Part shown: piece by piece, positions 42,796 through 51,883 of the stretch | How positions within the stretch are numbered: position 1 is the first letter of the stretch | Layout: each line of letters starts with the position of its first letter | Origin: a virus | Virus record (IMG/VR): IMGVR_UViG_3300045988_097776 | Direction: 5' to 3' (one strand) | DNA length: 64,000 nucleotides | Made by a program: the position numbers and the translations under genes | The notes under the pieces: model-generated | What the model was told of the DNA's origin: nothing | Seen by the model: the letters and a program-made list of their open reading frames with translations, nothing else | The model's database searches: none

Positions 42796-43522
42796 ACTGT
42801 TTATCCTCCATATCAACCATAAAAATATGCTCGTCAAAGGTATCGAGATTTAAGAGAACGGTTTGTCCAGTAAAGAAACTGCCACAATCAATATTTACCT
42901 TATGGTCATTGCAGTACCAAAAAGCACCCTCAACATAAGAGTCTTCTCTCGCTCCAAAGAAATTTTTTAGACTTCCTCTATAGCCTCTAATCATACCGGG
43001 GATAGGAGTATGTCCATGAACACAGATAGTATTATTTTCATAGTAAGTATCCCAAATATGTTCTCTATCCCAGATTAAATCTCTTGTATTTGGATTAGAA
43101 CCTGCTGTAAGCCCTGCATGACAAAGAGCTATTTTAACATCGTCTTTATTGCAGTATTCCATATAAGTAGGTAACTTACTTAAATAATTACACCAATCAG
43201 GGTTCGCACCATCACTTATCCAACCTTCAAAGGTGTCTTTCCCTCCATTAAAACAAAGCAAAGCATAATCTCTGTCGAAACATTCATACTTCGCATATTC
43301 TCTCATTGCATTGACAAGCATATCTTCGTGATTACCCTTGATGTAGATAAATTGCGGATCTGCGGCAACTGCTTTAATGGTTTCCCAAGGATCAGGTCCC
43401 CGATCGCCGCAATCGCCCAGGCAATAAACTTTATCTTCTGGTTTTAAAAATTTCTTTACCTCTTGATAAAGACATAACATACCATGAAGATCACTAATAG
43501 CGTATACGCTCACTTTAATCAC
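42788..43522 (-). CDS. metallophosphatase (calcineurin-like Ser/Thr or polynucleotide phosphatase)
   Basis: ISDLHG, GDCGDRG and GNHE. Confidence 0.6.
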   Translation of the reverse strand: MIKVSVYAISDLHGMLCLYQEVKKFLKPEDKVYCLGDCGDRGPDPWETIKAVAADPQFIYIKGNHEDMLVNAMREYAKYECFDRDYALLCFNGGKDTFEGWISDGANPDWCNYLSKLPTYMEYCNKDDVKIALCHAGLTAGSNPNTRDLIWDREHIWDTYYENNTICVHGHTPIPGMIRGYRGSLKNFFGAREDSYVEGAFWYCNDHKVNIDCGSFFTGQTVLLNLDTFDEHIFMVDMEDKQYE

Positions 43523-43526
43523 TTCC

Positions 43527-43550
43527 TTTATTATATTATACCATAATAAA
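43527..43550 (-). promoter_or_regulatory. conserved promoter motif variant (extended -10, TGGTATAAT)
   Basis: Minus-strand TTATGGTATAATATAATAAAGG. Confidence 0.45.
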
Positions 43551-43555
43551 ATATA

Positions 43556-43586
43556 AAAATAAAGAGAGCGTAAAGCTCTCTTTATT
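43556..43586 (-). terminator. rho-independent terminator
   Basis: AAATAAAGAGAGC gtaa GCTCTCTTTATTT. Confidence 0.6.
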
Positions 43587-44308
43587 TAAAAGAAGGGGCA
43601 GATTGGCATTTCCTCTGTTTTATGTAGGTTTCTCTTGTGTCTCTGCTCAATATTTTTATATACTTCATACGGAGGAGTAATACGATATAGCAAAAAGTTA
43701 TCAAGAGTTTTATAAGAAAAACCTAGATTCTCTTCATCTGAGAGTCCAGTTAATCCATCTTCTGGAACTTTTTCTATAAATTTCTCCGGTAGACCAAGTT
43801 CTAAACCAATCTCTTTAACTTCTGTTACTGTGTAATTGTGCAGAATTGAAAAATCTCCCGCGGAATCACCAAATTTGGTTGAATAACCAACATAATTTTC
43901 ACTTCTATTACAAGTGTTTGCAACTCTACCATGTCGAGCAGCCGCGATGGCATAAAGAATATTCATTCTTTCTCTTGCTGGAACGTTACTTACAACTTGA
44001 GGAAGATTACGAATATCAGAGGGTAGGGAGAAAAAAGTTGCTTTGCAAGCCTCTCCAATGTTGATATTATAATGTTCTTTAATGCCTAGATACTCAATAA
44101 CTTCATTTGAAATATCAATGTCTGATTGATACCCTTGTGGCATTTGAACTGCAATTACATTTTCTGGCCCAATAGCTTTACAAAGCAGTGCGGCAGCGAC
44201 AGTAGAATCTTTTCCTCCAGAAATACCAATAACAGCTTTGCAGTCCGGGCCGTTGTCGATAAAATATTTTTTAATCCAGTTAATGATTCTTTGAACTCTT
44301 ATTGTCAT
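43586..44308 (-). CDS. nadE: NH3-dependent NAD+ synthetase (PP-loop ATPase)
   Basis: Contains IGISGGKDS. Confidence 0.7.
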   Translation of the reverse strand: MTIRVQRIINWIKKYFIDNGPDCKAVIGISGGKDSTVAAALLCKAIGPENVIAVQMPQGYQSDIDISNEVIEYLGIKEHYNINIGEACKATFFSLPSDIRNLPQVVSNVPARERMNILYAIAAARHGRVANTCNRSENYVGYSTKFGDSAGDFSILHNYTVTEVKEIGLELGLPEKFIEKVPEDGLTGLSDEENLGFSYKTLDNFLLYRITPPYEVYKNIEQRHKRNLHKTEEMPICPFF

Positions 44309-44313
44309 AAGAT

Positions 44314-45903
44314 TTACTCTCCCATCAGTCGATTCTTAATTGTATAAAAATCTTCCTCGTTTTCGCGTACAAAAACACCATCTTTTACTTTGAATTTCAT
44401 TACATTATCCTTATATTCGATGGCTTCTTTAAGAGTAAGATTTTCAACAAGCCTATATTGGCCCTCTGAGTCTTTAACAACCGCTACGCATCCACGAGGA
44501 GATTTTTTCCCAGGATCGGTTTTTGGCATCTTGTAGATTTGGATTTCATCTTCTCCAAGAATACAATCGGTAGCCTTAATTGCATAGCCTCTAGTGTCAC
44601 GAGTTACATATTGATAAGTATATGCGCCAATTCCAAAACAGATATTTGATACTGAAATAGAATTATTGACACACCAATTACATATTTTTTCAGTGATCTC
44701 GGGAGTGATCGCATCGCCATAAATAACACGAATACAAGAGGGAAGCTCAAAATAACCCTTTCTATTAAGGTTGCCGCCAAAAGTATCAAAGAGACTGACA
44801 AGAGTTCCTTTACCCTCCGGGGAGTCAGGATCAACAGCAAAACTTGTGTCCCCGCAAATGATTTTTACTGGATCTCCGCTATCGGGGCGGATGGAAAGGC
44901 ATCCATCCCGCTGCTCGATAATGTCTCTCAATGCAGGAACAATTTTAGATACTACACCCCAATAATCATATGTATCTGCTACATAAGTCATTGTCCCAGT
45001 AGGCTGAATATTGATAAGAAGATGGCGCAGGAAGAGCATCTCAGCAATAAGATTAACTTCCCAATTTTCAGAGAGGCAAGTATTGAGTAGAGCTTGCTCC
45101 TCGGCTTCTAGCTCACCATTGAACATCTGCGCTCTTTTCCATGCTACACCCTGTTCAACAACAGAGTGCTCCAGAGATGGAGTTCCCATTAGAGGAGGAT
45201 TATTCTCTAAATCTGCTCCATAATATTTCTCCAAAAGAAGATTAGAACCAATGGTCGCAGTCCTATCAAAAGACAAAGCGTGCGCGGCGCCAGAGATATA
45301 GCCCGCTTCAAGTGAAGTGTGACCGCGGAGAGAGAAGTCACCGCACATATGAGGGAGAGCAGACATATCGTCACAGGTCATCTTAACATAAGGCTCGATT
45401 AGCTTACGTCGATAGAAGGCTGTCGTGGCAGAAGTAGAAGGAAGCCAGTTATTTGCACTCCACTGATCTTCAATAAACTGCGGAAGCCATGCAAATTCAG
45501 GATCAGTAGAAAAGATAACATGATCTGGAATACCGATAGGAAGAAGTGTACCTTCGGGAACTCCCATAATTGAAATGGGAAGATAGCCAAGCTCATAAAG
45601 TTTCCTAAACTTGCTGAAATCTGCATAGCCAGGATGGAAAGTATCCTTGATTACCCTGTTCCACTCGCTTTCAAGCAGATCAATGGGCTGATTAAAAAAT
45701 TCTGCCTGCCAGTAATTAAGCAGTCGCTGGATGGTATATTGATGGCCAAACACCATAGTTTTGGCGCAGTCTTTATGATATTTATTGCTGCGAGCAGTCC
45801 AAGTAGAATACACCATCTTTGCGTCGGCAGGCTGCATTTTAACCGCATGACCAATCTTATAATAGTCTGCCGCAAACATAGGTGCTACATCAAAGAAACT
45901 CAT
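44314..45903 (-). CDS. nicotinamide/nicotinate phosphoribosyltransferase (NAMPT/NadV family)
   Basis: 529 aa with ADYYKIGH near the N-terminus (compare DSYKVTH in NAMPT). Confidence 0.7.
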   Translation of the reverse strand: MSFFDVAPMFAADYYKIGHAVKMQPADAKMVYSTWTARSNKYHKDCAKTMVFGHQYTIQRLLNYWQAEFFNQPIDLLESEWNRVIKDTFHPGYADFSKFRKLYELGYLPISIMGVPEGTLLPIGIPDHVIFSTDPEFAWLPQFIEDQWSANNWLPSTSATTAFYRRKLIEPYVKMTCDDMSALPHMCGDFSLRGHTSLEAGYISGAAHALSFDRTATIGSNLLLEKYYGADLENNPPLMGTPSLEHSVVEQGVAWKRAQMFNGELEAEEQALLNTCLSENWEVNLIAEMLFLRHLLINIQPTGTMTYVADTYDYWGVVSKIVPALRDIIEQRDGCLSIRPDSGDPVKIICGDTSFAVDPDSPEGKGTLVSLFDTFGGNLNRKGYFELPSCIRVIYGDAITPEITEKICNWCVNNSISVSNICFGIGAYTYQYVTRDTRGYAIKATDCILGEDEIQIYKMPKTDPGKKSPRGCVAVVKDSEGQYRLVENLTLKEAIEYKDNVMKFKVKDGVFVRENEEDFYTIKNRLMGE

Positions 45904-45924
45904 AAAATCTTCCTTTCCTTATTT

Positions 45925-45950
45925 CTTTATTATATTATAACATATATTTT
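45925..45950 (-). promoter_or_regulatory. conserved promoter motif variant (extended -10, TGTTATAAT)
   Basis: Minus-strand ATATGTTATAATATAATAAAG. Confidence 0.45.
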
Positions 45951-45957
45951 TATAAAA

Positions 45958-45985
45958 ATAAAAAGCTCTCATAAGAGAGCTTTTT
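45958..45985 (-). terminator. rho-independent terminator
   Basis: AAAAAGCTCTC ataa GAGAGCTTTTT. Confidence 0.65.
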
Positions 45986-45986
45986 A

Positions 45987-46355
45987 TCAATTTTGAAGCA
46001 AGCTGAATAATGCTTCAATTCCTACGTATTCTGGCGCAATAATGCAAGTAATAATTGGAACACAAACTGTAATAATGACTGAAAGTATGGGCACGAATGT
46101 AAGAATGTGCAGGTGCCATTTTTTAAAATCGACTTCAATCATTAGATATAGTATAAACCATATAATACTAGAAATAATAGCACCTATAAAAACCCCAACA
46201 AAAATGTTAAATCCTAAATCTTTAACGGTTACGTACCAGCCATATTTAGCCAACCACATTGGAGCATTTTCCATAATAGTTTGAGTGGTTACTCCAAAAA
46301 AGTTAGCAAGAGACTGTAAAATAGAAGCCAACGTCTGCTCTAAAGTCAAACTCAT
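45987..46355 (-). CDS. polytopic membrane protein
   Basis: Several hydrophobic helices. Confidence 0.5.
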   Translation of the reverse strand: MSLTLEQTLASILQSLANFFGVTTQTIMENAPMWLAKYGWYVTVKDLGFNIFVGVFIGAIISSIIWFILYLMIEVDFKKWHLHILTFVPILSVIITVCVPIITCIIAPEYVGIEALFSLLQN

Positions 46356-46801
46356 TTTAGAATCTCCCCAACAACAGTGCTTACAATTTTCATATCAGCT
46401 TTACCTTTGAGTGCCGCAGAAACATACTTCATAATCGCACCTCGGTTTGCTTTAAGGAGATCTATACCTGCGGCAGCTGCGATTTCTCTTACTCTTGTTT
46501 CAATCTCTGTTTTATCTGTAAGCAGCTGTGGAGCACACATTTTTACGATTTTCATATCCTCTTGATATTGATGCAACTTCTCAGAATAGTTAGCGGGGCA
46601 GGTATCAATCATTTCTTGCACAGTTTTTTGATACTTAATAAGAGTTTCATCAATTAACTGCTCTGTTAGTTCCACTCTTCCCTTCGGAGTAATTGTTGCT
46701 TTCTGACACGAATCAATCATGTCAGAAAGCACTCTCTTTGTATTTACGTCTCCATTTTTAAGAGCTGCAATTTTTAGTGCTTGAAGCTTTTCAATAGTCA
46801 T
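46352..46801 (-). CDS. GatB/YqeY-domain protein
   Basis: ALKNGDVNTKRVLSDMIDSCQKA matches the YqeY pattern. Confidence 0.45.
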   Translation of the reverse strand: MTIEKLQALKIAALKNGDVNTKRVLSDMIDSCQKATITPKGRVELTEQLIDETLIKYQKTVQEMIDTCPANYSEKLHQYQEDMKIVKMCAPQLLTDKTEIETRVREIAAAAGIDLLKANRGAIMKYVSAALKGKADMKIVSTVVGEILK

Positions 46802-47610
46802 CGAACAATTTCTACCTTTCCTCTAGTATCCCACTCAGGCTTAAAGATGCTATCAGTGGTAAAGATTTTCTTTACAATATCCTGATTATACATATCACCT
46901 TCAACCATAGTATGTTCTGCATGAGTGACGTAAAGATAAATATTTTTTGCTCCTGCTTCTTTTAGAGCGTTTGCCGCGTGATAGAAAGTTCCTCCCCGAG
47001 AGCAAATATCGTCTACAATTAGAACACCCTTATCTTTAACCAACTCACCATTCATTAGTTGTAGACCAAGAATTTTTCCAGTAGACCAATCCCTCTTTTT
47101 AATTCCAAAGGCGTATGGAAGATTAATTGCTGGAGTGGAATATCTCTTCATAGCTCCCTCGTCCGGGAAAAATAGAACGGGAGTTTCTTTTTCATAATGC
47201 TCAAAAAGTTTGATAGCCTCTTTGATTTCTCCAATAGGAGTAAGATCAATTACCCTATCGAGCAGAGCTAATGCTACATTAGAATGAGCATCTCTTACAA
47301 TGACTTTATCGAAGTGAAGACCATTGATTACTTGACAGAAATATTTAAGGGTAAACACATCTTCAAGTTCTTGCACTCTATCCATTCTTGCATGAGGAAT
47401 ATATGGCATATCGAGCCTCAAGGGACAATCTTTAAAGTGTCCCTTTACGCAAATTAGAGTGAACAGTTCTGCATCGTTCTCATACTCCCAAAGAACGGTA
47501 TCGTAATCAAAATAATTGGGCGGCATATTAATATGCAGCGTTCCATCGGGAAAATGATTTTGCTCAATTACATCTGTCCAATGACTGCGCGTGTTAATCA
47601 GACTAATCAT
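46798..47610 (-). CDS. prs: ribose-phosphate pyrophosphokinase (PRPP synthetase)-like
   Basis: PRPP-binding VLIVDDICSRGGT. Confidence 0.65.
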   Translation of the reverse strand: MISLINTRSHWTDVIEQNHFPDGTLHINMPPNYFDYDTVLWEYENDAELFTLICVKGHFKDCPLRLDMPYIPHARMDRVQELEDVFTLKYFCQVINGLHFDKVIVRDAHSNVALALLDRVIDLTPIGEIKEAIKLFEHYEKETPVLFFPDEGAMKRYSTPAINLPYAFGIKKRDWSTGKILGLQLMNGELVKDKGVLIVDDICSRGGTFYHAANALKEAGAKNIYLYVTHAEHTMVEGDMYNQDIVKKIFTTDSIFKPEWDTRGKVEIVR

Positions 47611-47613
47611 TTC

Positions 47614-48153
47614 TTAATCCTCCACATCAATCTGTTGAGCTTTGAAAATAGTTAGCGCTGCCTCATGCGATTCTGGAGTTACTCCTGCGCACGCACTAGA
47701 ATGAACGATAATTCTAGTATTTGGCAACGCTGCACGAAGCATAACCGCGTTAGCCATAACGCAGATATCGGTACAAAATCCGCAGATATGAATTTCTACT
47801 TCCTCTGGATTCTTCATCTTTAGAGAATCATATACCTCATTAACCATATCGGTACTGCCAAAGGTGTCTTTTTCATAATAATTAAACTTGTTATTCAACG
47901 CAATCACGACTCTGGAATCCATACACCAGCCCACGCTTGCCTTAATACAATGTTTAACAGGAAGTTTCTTTCCTTCCAAAGTATCGAAGTAATCGTCATC
48001 ATGGGTATCCATGGTACAAATAATTTCTTCCCAACAGAATCGTTTAATTAGATCAACAATATTAGGAACTGCGGCATCCGCCTCCTTTGTACCTAGCGCC
48101 CTAGTGATGAAATCATTTTGAGCATCAACAATTATAAGTATCTTTCTATACAT
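47614..48153 (-). CDS. isochorismatase-family hydrolase, nicotinamidase (PncA)-like
   Basis: ILIIVDAQNDF, a Cys in ICGFCTDIC, and 179 aa. Confidence 0.65.
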   Translation of the reverse strand: MYRKILIIVDAQNDFITRALGTKEADAAVPNIVDLIKRFCWEEIICTMDTHDDDYFDTLEGKKLPVKHCIKASVGWCMDSRVVIALNNKFNYYEKDTFGSTDMVNEVYDSLKMKNPEEVEIHICGFCTDICVMANAVMLRAALPNTRIIVHSSACAGVTPESHEAALTIFKAQQIDVED

Positions 48154-48172
48154 TTTGTTATACTCCTTTTCC

Positions 48173-48195
48173 TTTATATAAATATTATATCATAT
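48173..48195 (-). promoter_or_regulatory. conserved phage promoter motif (extended -10, TGATATAAT)
   Basis: Minus-strand TATGATATAATATTTATATAAAG. Confidence 0.5.
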
Positions 48196-48209
48196 TTTAT
48201 TAAAAAATT

Positions 48210-48235
48210 AAAGGAGAGATATGACTCTCCTTTAA
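48210..48235 (-). terminator. rho-independent terminator
   Basis: AAAGGAGAG atatgac TCTCCTTT. Confidence 0.6.
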
Positions 48236-48236
48236 T

Positions 48237-49100
48237 TCAAGATTTAACGAGAAATTTTTCATCCGTTAGCAGCTCTAAGGTTATTGTATCTCTATATTCG
48301 TATGGAATACGATATAAAGGAATATTGTGAGATAGGCAATATTTATTTTTTTCCTAGTCTCTTTGCATTAAAGCGTCTACTTTTTCTTTAGTATAATATC
48401 CACTTACTTGACCTTCATGCTATGGACCATCGAACTCTACTACATACTTATTGTCTATGTAAAAATCAAATTTACATTTTTGATTTGGATAATCCTGTGG
48501 CGTCCATTGAGAAATAAAGGGTATATTTGCTTCTTGCAAGATCCGTTTTATTCTAGCTTCTCCTTTTGAGATTATACAACCACAAGACTAGGTATTCCCA
48601 GAAGTTAAATTTTGTCTTTTTACAATCGTGATATTTCCACAGTCGCACTAGCATTTACAACACCAAGTATCATTTTCTTTAAATTGTTCTAACACAATTA
48701 AATTTCCATATCTGCTTCCTATAATAGGATTACGAATCTAATTTTTAAATAAATGTCCACAAGAAAGAGATTTTCCACTCTTTAATGATGGGGCATATAC
48801 TTCTCTTTTTACTCCACAAGAACATTCACATAGCCAGTAGCTCTCTTTCTCTGCTTTTGATAATACTGTCCATTCCCCAAATTTCTGTCCTGTTAAATCA
48901 ACAAATTTTTTAGATGGCTCTCTCTTTTTACATCCGCATGAGGTAGTATGCCCACTTCTTAAATTTTCTGCGCGGACGGGGATTATATTACCACAGTCAC
49001 ACTAACATTCCCAAATAGTTCTACGACCTTGATTTGGTAATCTACGTAAAGCAGTTAATTTTCCAAACTTTTGACCAGTTAAATCTAATGCTTTTGGCAT
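48237..49100 (-). CDS. putative homing endonuclease: three zinc-ribbon repeats plus Vsr/DUF559-like domain (about 9 in-frame TAGs); paralogue of 40020..40757
   Basis: From ATG 49098-49100: LTGQKFGKLTALRRL..WECQCDCGN..SCGC (three repeats), then KFDFYIDNKYVVEFDGPQHEG. Stop TGA 48237-48239. No standard-code ORF was called. Confidence 0.5.
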
Positions 49101-49194
49101 AAAAATCATCTCCTTTTATTGTCTACATTATATAAGAAATAAAAGGAGATGATTTAATCATTTTACCCTCTTTTTTTTTAAATTTGTGGGTAAA

Positions 49195-49989
49195 TTACAT
49201 TTCCGCAAGAATATCTTCAGAAATATTACTAGAATTTACGCTCTCTGTAGCAATCCCAGAAATAACTTTAAATTCAAAGGTTTTTGACTTGAAAGCAGTA
49301 AAGGTGCGCCGATTTACAATTCGGATAACTACTCCTTCCTTAACATGGGTGCGGCCGATCGGATCCGCAAGATCCTCGAAGTATTTATTGATGCGCTCCT
49401 GAAGATCCTCAACAGTAGTAAATGTAAAGTTCTCAATTACAGGAACGCGATTAAAACCATGCCAATCGCACCAGGCAGTGATTTCGTCAGGAGTCCACTC
49501 TCTCTCTCCGTTTTCAGAGGTAATGCGATAGATATACATTTTGCTCTGACCGGGTTCACAGCCATAAGAGAAAATAGACCGTTTACCAAACTGCTTTACA
49601 AAAGCCTTGTCATTGACCTTAGTATTATCACCAATAGGCATAATAGTATTCTCTTCATTGGGCCCATAGTAGCCTACTACTTCGTAAAAAACTTCCATAC
49701 CTAGCTCAAGGTGAGGTTTTAGAGCTTCATGGTGAGGCATACGGAACTGATCGTTTCCATAGTATCCCTGAGAGTTTTCAGTTACTACGCAACGGCGAGT
49801 TCCAAGAACATAAGCCTGCTTAGTACGCTTCTTCATATGGAAAAGGCGACGGAAGAAACCATTAGGAAGCTCTGCATAAGTATTCATAGAACGCTGAGAG
49901 GTGCCATGCATTTTGAGGGTCATGTTCAGTCTATCGCCTTCACGGAACTTATCAAAGTTATATGCAAGCTGCTCAGTATCAGTGTGCAT
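49195..49989 (-). CDS. RNA ligase, Rnl2 family
   Basis: Motif I KMHGTS (compare T4 Rnl2 KIHGTN). Confidence 0.6.
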   Translation of the reverse strand: MHTDTEQLAYNFDKFREGDRLNMTLKMHGTSQRSMNTYAELPNGFFRRLFHMKKRTKQAYVLGTRRCVVTENSQGYYGNDQFRMPHHEALKPHLELGMEVFYEVVGYYGPNEENTIMPIGDNTKVNDKAFVKQFGKRSIFSYGCEPGQSKMYIYRITSENGEREWTPDEITAWCDWHGFNRVPVIENFTFTTVEDLQERINKYFEDLADPIGRTHVKEGVVIRIVNRRTFTAFKSKTFEFKVISGIATESVNSSNISEDILAEM

Positions 49990-50013
49990 AGAGAACTCAG
50001 GATAAGTAATCCC

Positions 50014-50469
50014 CTCAGCTTTGCGTCCTTTGTAAGAAGTTTTTACTCCATAAGTAGAATTGCTCTTTCGCTTAGGAATATACTTACGGCAAAACTCCTT
50101 GTCATTGATAGTAGTTACTTTATCTCCGTCACTCCAATGCTAGTCACCAAACTTTTCATAGACTCGATCAAGAGCAATGACAATACCAGAAGACTGGTTG
50201 CCGCGGAGCTTAATAGCCCGCACATGGCCGTTATTTTCAAGGTATCCACCCTGAACAGATCCATCCTCATTCTTGCGGAAAAGGCAAAACTCATTGCCAA
50301 ACCAACGCTCAATTTCTCCATCGGTGGGCAGATAGAGCACCAGATCTCCGGTCTTCATGTCAGGGCCTACGATTACGCCCTCACTAAAACAATCCGCCAG
50401 ATATAGCCGATCGGAATTCGGATCTTTCCGCACGTTCTGAATCTTAGTCACCAGACCAAAATAAGCCAT
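50014..50469 (-). CDS. hypothetical protein (1 in-frame TAG)
   Basis: ORF 50140..50469 ends at TAG and continues in frame to TGA 50014-50016. Confidence 0.4.
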
Positions 50470-50485
50470 CTTTCATGCCTCCTCA

Positions 50486-50773
50486 TTACATAAAAATCTT
50501 AAATATATCTGAATTAATTAGTCGAGAAAGAGGTACAAAAGCTATACCTGTATCTTCCTTTTGCTTAGCATCTACATCTTCTGGAGTTCGATCAGGGATA
50601 ATTCCAATAAGGAAATCACTATCCATTTTGATAACATACTTGATTGTTCCTGCCAAGAGCAAGCCATCATATGAACCGAATGTGACCAGTTTATTCAGGA
50701 TACCTTCATCTATCATAAAAGTATCCATATCTCCGTAATAACCACCCATGTTATCGTACTCCTTTCTTACCAT
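50486..50773 (-). CDS. hypothetical protein
   Basis: ORF. Confidence 0.45.
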   Translation of the reverse strand: MVRKEYDNMGGYYGDMDTFMIDEGILNKLVTFGSYDGLLLAGTIKYVIKMDSDFLIGIIPDRTPEDVDAKQKEDTGIAFVPLSRLINSDIFKIFM

Positions 50774-51105
50774 TCATAATATCTATCATGATCAGGATCT
50801 TCTTCTATGGTAGTTGCTAAATAGGACAACCAACCTTCAACTTCTTCCATATACATATCCCAGATTTCTTCATAGTCAGATTCAGTTAGTTCATCATGTG
50901 ATAACCCATTGTCTTTCAAATATTGCTCAAGAATATCTTCTTCAGAAGTTAGCCCATGACAACCTTCATAAGATTGATATTCTTCAATAGCAAGTTGCCT
51001 CGCGGCTTCCAGAGCTTCATCTTTAGAATTATACTCCTCAGTACAATGATATTGGTAACCACCAAATCCACCGCTCAAGCCTGCATATAAGTTGTATAAT
51101 TCCAT
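50767..51105 (-). CDS. acidic hypothetical protein
   Basis: ORF. Confidence 0.45.
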   Translation of the reverse strand: MELYNLYAGLSGGFGGYQYHCTEEYNSKDEALEAARQLAIEEYQSYEGCHGLTSEEDILEQYLKDNGLSHDELTESDYEEIWDMYMEEVEGWLSYLATTIEEDPDHDRYYEW

Positions 51106-51107
51106 CT

Positions 51108-51359
51108 TTACTCCTTATAGTTTTGAAATTCCATAGTTATTGGAAGAACTTTATGTTTTTGCTCAAACTAGTCCCAAATCACTTCTTCTCTTGATACTAC
51201 TACTTTCATAGGCTACTTCTAAGAAGCAATTTGCTGAACTATCTAAATGAATTGAGCTTCAATAAAAGGTCTAGGAGCTTGCATTCTCCACTACTCAATA
51301 ACCTAATTACCTAGATAAATAGTGAAGATAACATCAAAGGTGTCCTCAATAAACATCAT
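51108..51359 (-). CDS. hypothetical protein, very TAG-dense (7 TAGs in 83 codons)
   Basis: ATGATG start at 51354-51359, ending at TAA 51108-51110 just before gene 50767..51105. Reads MMFIEDTFDVIFTIYLGNQVIEQWRMQ. Confidence 0.4.
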
Positions 51360-51624
51360 ATCCCTGCCTCCTCATCACGGCCAATGATTTATATACCATC
51401 TTACCAAGACTCTTACTCTTTGCTTTTGTTACGTTTCCCATTTCAATCAAATGGCCGAGTAGTCTTGCAATCTTTTGAGTAGAAAGTCCTGTAAGAGTAA
51501 TTGATCTTGCTTGAATTTCTTCAATAGTTAATGCCTCTTCACTTTCCGCAAGAATGATCATAACCTCTCCCTGAAGAAGGGCGTTTTGATCCTTCGTAAA
51601 CTTAGAAGTTCTACGACCAGGCAT
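51346..51624 (-). CDS. hypothetical protein (possible HTH)
   Basis: ORF. ATG at 51622-51624 preferred over the GTG. Confidence 0.5.
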   Translation of the reverse strand: MPGRRTSKFTKDQNALLQGEVMIILAESEEALTIEEIQARSITLTGLSTQKIARLLGHLIEMGNVTKAKSKSLGKMVYKSLAVMRRQGYDVY

Positions 51625-51626
51625 AT

Positions 51627-51797
51627 TCACTCTACCTCCTTATAAGAAACAACTCTGATATTTTCAAGTTTCTCGGTATAGGAAGTTTTTCCATTGTAGA
51701 TAACTGCGATCCTATTCTTTCGATCAACACCAACTACCTTGCCCTCTCGACCATTAAGAGTCTTTACGATTGTTCCTTCGCATACATAAGGCATCAT
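51627..51797 (-). CDS. small hypothetical protein (56 aa)
   Basis: MMPYVCEGTIVKTLNGREGKVVGVDRKN. Lies between the promoter motif and gene 51624. Confidence 0.35.
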   Translation of the reverse strand: MMPYVCEGTIVKTLNGREGKVVGVDRKNRIAVIYNGKTSYTEKLENIRVVSYKEVE

Positions 51798-51819
51798 ATA
51801 AATTACTTCCTTTCCTTAA

Positions 51820-51843
51820 CTTTCTATATATATTATATCATAA
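51820..51843 (-). promoter_or_regulatory. conserved phage promoter motif (extended -10, TGATATAAT)
   Basis: Minus-strand TTATGATATAATATATATAGAAAG. Confidence 0.5.
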
Positions 51844-51856
51844 AAAAATAAAAAAA

Positions 51857-51883
51857 TAAAGGAGGGCTTAAAGCTCCTCCTTT
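51857..51883 (-). terminator. rho-independent terminator
   Basis: AAAGGAGGGC ttaa AGCTCCTCCTTT. Confidence 0.6.
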
